Below, piece after piece: positions 22,075-64,000 of a stretch of DNA of 64,000 bases. The notes beneath the pieces were generated by a model that made no database searches, had not been told where the DNA came from, and was given only the letters and a program-made list of their open reading frames with translations. This DNA is from Camelus ferus (lineage: Eukaryota): NCBI RefSeq assembly GCF_009834535.1, contig NC_045697.1:34970001-35034000 (forward strand). The letters are read 5' to 3'. The position numbers and the translations under genes were made by a program. The number at the start of each line of letters is the position of its first letter. The first letter of the stretch is position 1.

Positions 22075-23119
22075 ATCAGGGTCAAAAAAATACAGTGATT
22101 ATGAATGTGCTGTGACCAGTTACAGAGTTTTACAGGTAACAACTCTAGTCAGCAGTCCCACAGCATGCCAGTGCCCTCAGGTAATGCACTTGAGCATAAT
22201 TCCATTTCTGGCAGGGTCCACACCCCCAAGAAAAGGCAAAGCTAAGCATTTCACGTCTACATTCTAAACTCTGGAATCCCAGAGCCCAGTTTAAAAGAAG
22301 AGTCACAGTGGATCAGAGATGCATATAAAAAATACAAGTTGTTCCTTTCAAATCAGAGGAATTGTGGGACTACATTCATTTCTTTTACAAAATGCTATTT
22401 TAAAAAAGGACAGAGAATCCAGTTCATGTTATGCTACAGACCTGGACAGTGACTCAGGATATGGCATGTTTTGGTAGTCTGTCTTCAGGCTTCCTTTTGT
22501 CTTCCCCCAGAGCCCCAGGTTCCTTTAGGGTGAAACACGTGAGTCCTGAATAAACTTATAAAAATGCATGTGCATCTCTCTTCTTGAATTCTGCAGACTT
22601 CAGGGCCTGCAAGCCATATATTCTACCATCAATGACCACAATGTTTTCTTTAGCATTGTACACCTATTCTTGTATAACAGTGCGTTGCACAAATGTACAA
22701 GAAAATACTGGTTTTAATCTATACAGTTTCTATAATAATTATGGAGTAAAATAAGTTAACTTTTCTAATGAGAAGAGCTGGCGGGCAGCATACATCTTTA
22801 TTTTACATTTTAAAGTCTCTGCAGGCATCTACTTTGGTTAGTTATCAACAATCGTAACATAAGCACTGATCAGAGAACTGAGCAGCATTCCAATAACGTT
22901 AACAGATATATTATTTCTTTTCGAAAGACTGGGAAAGCCCAGTTTTAAAATATTATTAAAATGTTCTAACATTTACACACTATGAAGAGTTAGATCTAAT
23001 AAAATAAAATTTTTTCAAAAATAATCTTGCAGTGCTCTTTTAGGCATGCTCTGAGACATTATCAATCACCAAACATCCATACCTTGAAAATATGACTGTC
23101 ACATATTCACACACCTCAG

Positions 23120-23121
<2 letters not shown>

Positions 23122-23153
<32 letters not shown>
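23122..23153 (+). repeat. (CA)16 microsatellite in FRYL 3'UTR
   Basis: Read directly. Confidence 0.95.
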
Positions 23154-23155
<2 letters not shown>

Positions 23156-23735
23156 TTCCTTATACAGACCAAAAAACAAAACACCCATGCCCTTATCCCA
23201 CATGTTGAAAAATCAATGGTTTTTGCAAAGAAGTCTTTCTGTGTCTGTCTATCCGACTGGATGTTCTTCATGTAGATGATTTAAGCATCAACTGTGGATT
23301 ATGCTTGTGACTGCCAGACATCCAAGCGGCTTTGCAGGTCTTCAGCTAAAATGAACCAGCCTCGATTTCAGCCTCATTTCACCTGCTTTCCAATGTCTCA
23401 GTATTAGAGGCCATTATTGCAAACATTCTTAGAATTCTTTTCTTTTTCCAGAAAGTAATGTATTTATACGCATCACTTTTAGCCCTTTTCTTTTCACGTA
23501 GGTAAAATAATTAAAAAATTCTTTCTTCATACAGTTATTGTGGGAGGTATTGGCAGCTGTTAAACAATTAGTTTTTTTTTTCCCCCTTCAGATCTCTGTT
23601 TTTGACATTAGTTACACTGTGGCTGTGGATGCTGCCAGAAAAAGTCATCAGTGAATTGCAAGGGTCCATAAAAGGTGCTTGTTAGTATTCTTAATCTTCT
23701 TCAGTTTAGTCTCTCTCCTAAATGCCTGAAGTTTC

Positions 23736-60275
<36,540 letters not shown>

Positions 60276-61340
60276 CTAAAAAACAAATACAATAATTTCA
60301 TTCACTTTAAAGGCATTTAAGTTTAAACTTGATTTTATATTAACTGTATTTGTTTAATGAAATAAGTTCAAGATATATCTTGAAGCGTTAATGCATTTTA
60401 TTTCACTACAGTAGAGAAGTTAAACAGAAGAGGAAAAAAGCTCAAGGCATTCTTAAGAGAATAACTTAGATAACACGGAAGGATGATTAATTATTCAAGC
60501 ATTTCCGTGGGTGTTAAAGAGTATGGCTTTTTTTTTTTTTTTAACAGCCTCATGCTCTGTAAAAGTGTCTTTGGTAAAAATCCAAACGTTTTTGTAAACC
60601 CTATGTATCATTTTGTAACTTTTGTAAAAAGAGTTCCGTTTTGTAAAATCAATGTATGGTTCTTTGCACAATAACTTAACAGGCAGACTCAACCTGGGAA
60701 TCCTCAGCGGGGTTCAGAGCTGCTGTGCTGAAGAAGAGATGCTTTATAGCGTCAAGCTGTTCCAAGTATCTCACTAGAGCAGTCAACTGCATGGAGCCTC
60801 AACATGTGTGATGTATTCTAAGGACTTCACCGGAGCACTGATAACTCTTGAATCCTGTACCTCCAATGAATGGCGGTCGTCAGGGTGGACCCCAAACTGC
60901 TCCTCAGGAAATCACCTAAAGCTCTTAAGGTCCTTGGCAAACCATTTACAGGCTCCTACGAAGTATACTGACTTCCTAGAGTTTACTTGATACAGTACTA
61001 CAGAATCTGAATCAACAAATGTTTGGGAGGATCTTACTGACCAAATGCACCTTCTTAGTCTGTCTGTTCCCTGACTTACTGGTGAGGATGTCTCTTAACC
61101 TCTTCCAGGGGACACCTGAACAAGGCAGAACTGGAAAAGGGCCACGCAAGACAGACCCTCATCTATCATAAAAGGCTAGCCTCACTGAAATTTCTCTTAG
61201 TTTTCCTTTCTTCATTTTCCTCACTTATTTTTCCATCTTATTGATGTTTTATATTTTTTTCAAACTGCCTAGAGCATTTGATAAAGAGAGTACTACCTTT
61301 AAAAAATATATATTTTCAAATTTCAGATGAATATAACTGA

Positions 61341-61392
61341 TTTTTTTTTAATTGAAGTACAGTCAGTTACAATGTGTCAATTTCTGGTGTAG
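61341..61392 (-). mobile_element. Extremely 5'-truncated L1 3' end
   Basis: T-run followed by aattgaagtacagtcagttacaatgtgtcaatttctggtgt, the reverse of the same L1 terminus. Confidence 0.65.
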
Positions 61393-63639
61393 TTTTACTT
61401 TGATTTACCATGCGGACATCATCACTGGATGGGCCCAAGATATGAAGGCATGCAATGGTGTGCAGAGACTAACACAGCACCTTGGAAGTTACTTTATACA
61501 ATCATTAAAAGCAGCTGATTTCATGCATTAGCCTTTTATCCATAAAACAGACACCAGGAAGAAAAAAGAAAAAGTTGGTTTGTATTTCTTACTTGTATTT
61601 CAAAATATAATAATTTATCATACTATTTTAAAAGCTGCATAATTTTTCAATTTCACAATCTGTTATTCTTCAACAAAAATTTTTATAGTTCAAAGTAAAT
61701 TCTTTAATCTTATTCTAAAGAATAAGACATTCCTATAGAATTCTTATATCCTTAAAGCATATTTTTATAAAGAATGATTTACAAAAAACTATTTCTAAAA
61801 AGGAGGAAAGTTCTTTGGAATATATGCTGTGCAATTTTTTAAATAAAGCAAATGGCTTAGATTTAATTTTGGAATTTTGGAATTACCAGGTTAAAATTCG
61901 AGTCAAATAGAGTATGTTTTATAACAAACCTGAGCATACTGTTTTTGCCATAATGAATAGCAAGAAAGGACAATATTTGTCCTAAGTGTTCCCTCATTTT
62001 GAAATTCTGCGCTCTCCAAGGGCACAAACAGTAAAAACAGCAATATTTGCATAATGAGGAAGCACATAATGGCAGAAAATTACTCTCGGCAGTTTAAGTG
62101 AGAGAATAATTAAGGAATCAATTTAGTTCACATCCTGCAGGTTGCTGAAAGCGCACAGAGGGAACCTTTGTGTGCTGCTCACCAGGAAGAAACAGACTGA
62201 ACAACAGTTTATGACTCACAGAGAGCCATATATTTGATTTCTTAAAAACAGGTAAGATAGTTGGGAGTTTCCTGTGCTTTGCCTTGGTCATGACAGCAGA
62301 GGCTTGGCGCTCAAGGGGCTTCCACAGCAGCCCTCTGGCCACGCTGTGCCCTCAGCCATCCCAGCGCCTAGCCAGCTCCTCCCCACACTTCAGCTGCCAG
62401 TCTTAAATGCTCCTACTTCCCTTATTAGGGGACTTCTTTTTATCTTCTTGAAATCCTCAAGTAAGTCAATATACTTTTTTCCCCTTATAGTTTCTTTCCT
62501 AGATTTCTGGTAGACAAAAATAAAATCCTTGTTTACATTTTTCTAATGGTGTGTCATTAGAATATTAAAATAAAAGTCACTTTAATAAATTATTTTAAAA
62601 ATCACTTTTGGACCTCATTAATGCAAATACACGTTGTTTAGTTTTCTAAGGTAAACCATCATCAAAACTGAGATGCGTTTCCATTAACTGTAATAATGGC
62701 TCTTCTTTTTAAAGACATACTTATAAAATGCTTAAGAATCTCTCCGTATCTATTTAGAAATTTAAATAGGGATGATTCAATAGCATATTTTATTAAATAT
62801 TTTCTTGTCATTTATTAAATATTATCTAACCAGATAATGAAAACGTCCTTACTCTTGTTACTGTGTATGTGATTAATTGGGTTGGCAGTATTTTTTCACT
62901 GCGTCGGCACCCAGAGATAAACTTGCACTTACCAGTGGTGAAGTTTGGGCCATGCAGAGGTGGGTGTTTTACCTGGCTTTCTACAAGCTTGCTCTTCCAT
63001 TTAGTGCTGTGCTAATTGCTAACAGAATCTCAGGTTTGGAAAAAAAAAAAAAAAGCTTATATAAAAGGCTCTTCCAGAGACTTTTACTCGCTTGGTCCCT
63101 TCTGTTGCAAACTTCTCTGAATTTTCTCCTGGTGCTTTAGCTGGGTTATCTCACTTATACTGCTGTTGAGTCCCTCCTCCAGTTCACCTAATTTCCTGTT
63201 GCACGTATATTACTTGTAAATTTATATAACTCCTTCTTGCAACTGTCTATGATTTCAGCCTGAAAAGTCTTTCTTACAAGACTCAATCTGACAAAATAAA
63301 TAAATAAATACATAAAATGAAATTAATTAAGAATTAATTTTAAGTAGAAGGCAAGGTATTTGCTATTTCTTTATTGTTCTTAAGAGAGGAAATTACTAAA
63401 AATATAAAATGTCAAAGTCATATTCTTTTACAATTAAGATTAGGAGCTATAAACCTCTTAAACAAATGTTAACAGCTGATTTAAAAAGAGCTACAAACCT
63501 GTTTCAGAAATGTAGGATGGGAGAGAAAGAGCCAAATGAGGAAGAAAGAGAGTGAAGGGAGCAGACAGAGAAGTTGAAGACAATGTTAAGAGGAAAAAGG
63601 CAAACATAAAGGGAGAGAATTTCCAGAATCACAAAATAT

Positions 63640-64000
63640 ATTATGCCCTCTTCTTCCGCAGGGCCTTTGCACATGTGACTTCTCCTAGGAAATTTCCACC
63701 CTCGGCCCTGCTCTTATTTCTCATCCAGGGATCATACTTTTGGTTAGTCTTATTCAGCCTTTAAGTCAGCTTAGTCATAACTTCCTTCAGGCAAACTTTT
63801 GCTTTATGTGTCCCTAAAATATTCTGCCCTCCCACTGGAAAGTCACCAGACTCGATGGTGACTGTCTACTTATTTGACTGCACCCCGACTCTAAGGCCCA
63901 CAGGGCTAAAAATCCTATCTCCTTTGCTTATCTTTGTATTTCCAGCACCTGATCCAGTGCTCAGTACATACTTGGTACTAAATAAATGAATGACTTGGAA
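63640..64000. mobile_element. L2 3' remnant
   Basis: agggcctttgcacatg ... tctttgtatttccagcacctga ... taaataaatgaatga. Confidence 0.55.

Larger units (their letters stand above)
21855..23735 (-). other. FRYL: FRYL 3'UTR (approximate)
   Basis: AT-rich stretch with no interspersed repeats recognised, between the stop and a distal AATAAA. Confidence 0.7.

Noticed and set aside
60276..64000. Further FRYL exon near the cttac at ~62928
   Set aside because: Adjacent minus-strand sequence does not translate to FRYL-like protein; the next exon probably lies beyond the window.

Overview
Mammalian genomic DNA, most likely a camelid, judging by several tRNA-Ala-derived SINEs that resemble the camelid vic-1 type. 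It carries the conserved SLC10A4 - ZAR1 - FRYL block. SLC10A4 (+, 3 coding exons, 8199-13279) and ZAR1 (+, 4 coding exons, 14614-18545) each start in a CpG island. The 3' part of FRYL lies on the minus strand: 18 coding exons traced by hand from 60275 to the stop at 23736, about 886 aa, followed by a 3'UTR of about 1.9 kb. The rest is intronic or intergenic sequence with SINEs, L1/L2/MIR remnants, MaLR LTRs, hAT and Tigger elements, and microsatellites. Main observations: (1) SLC10A4 exon 1 and ZAR1 exon 1 both carry a +1 frameshift in an identical AGGGC context, most likely consensus/assembly errors; (2) FRYL has two in-frame microexons (9 nt ELQ, 18 nt QMEILA) with UGC motifs next to their acceptors, both missed by the ORF track; (3) an RE1/NRSE-like motif overlaps the SLC10A4 start codon; (4) complementary (UG)16 and (CA)14 tracts bracket a proximal polyA signal in the FRYL 3'UTR. 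I found no convincing evidence of a wholly new biological system. Gene and repeat-family names rest on recalled orthologue and consensus sequences, not on database searches.
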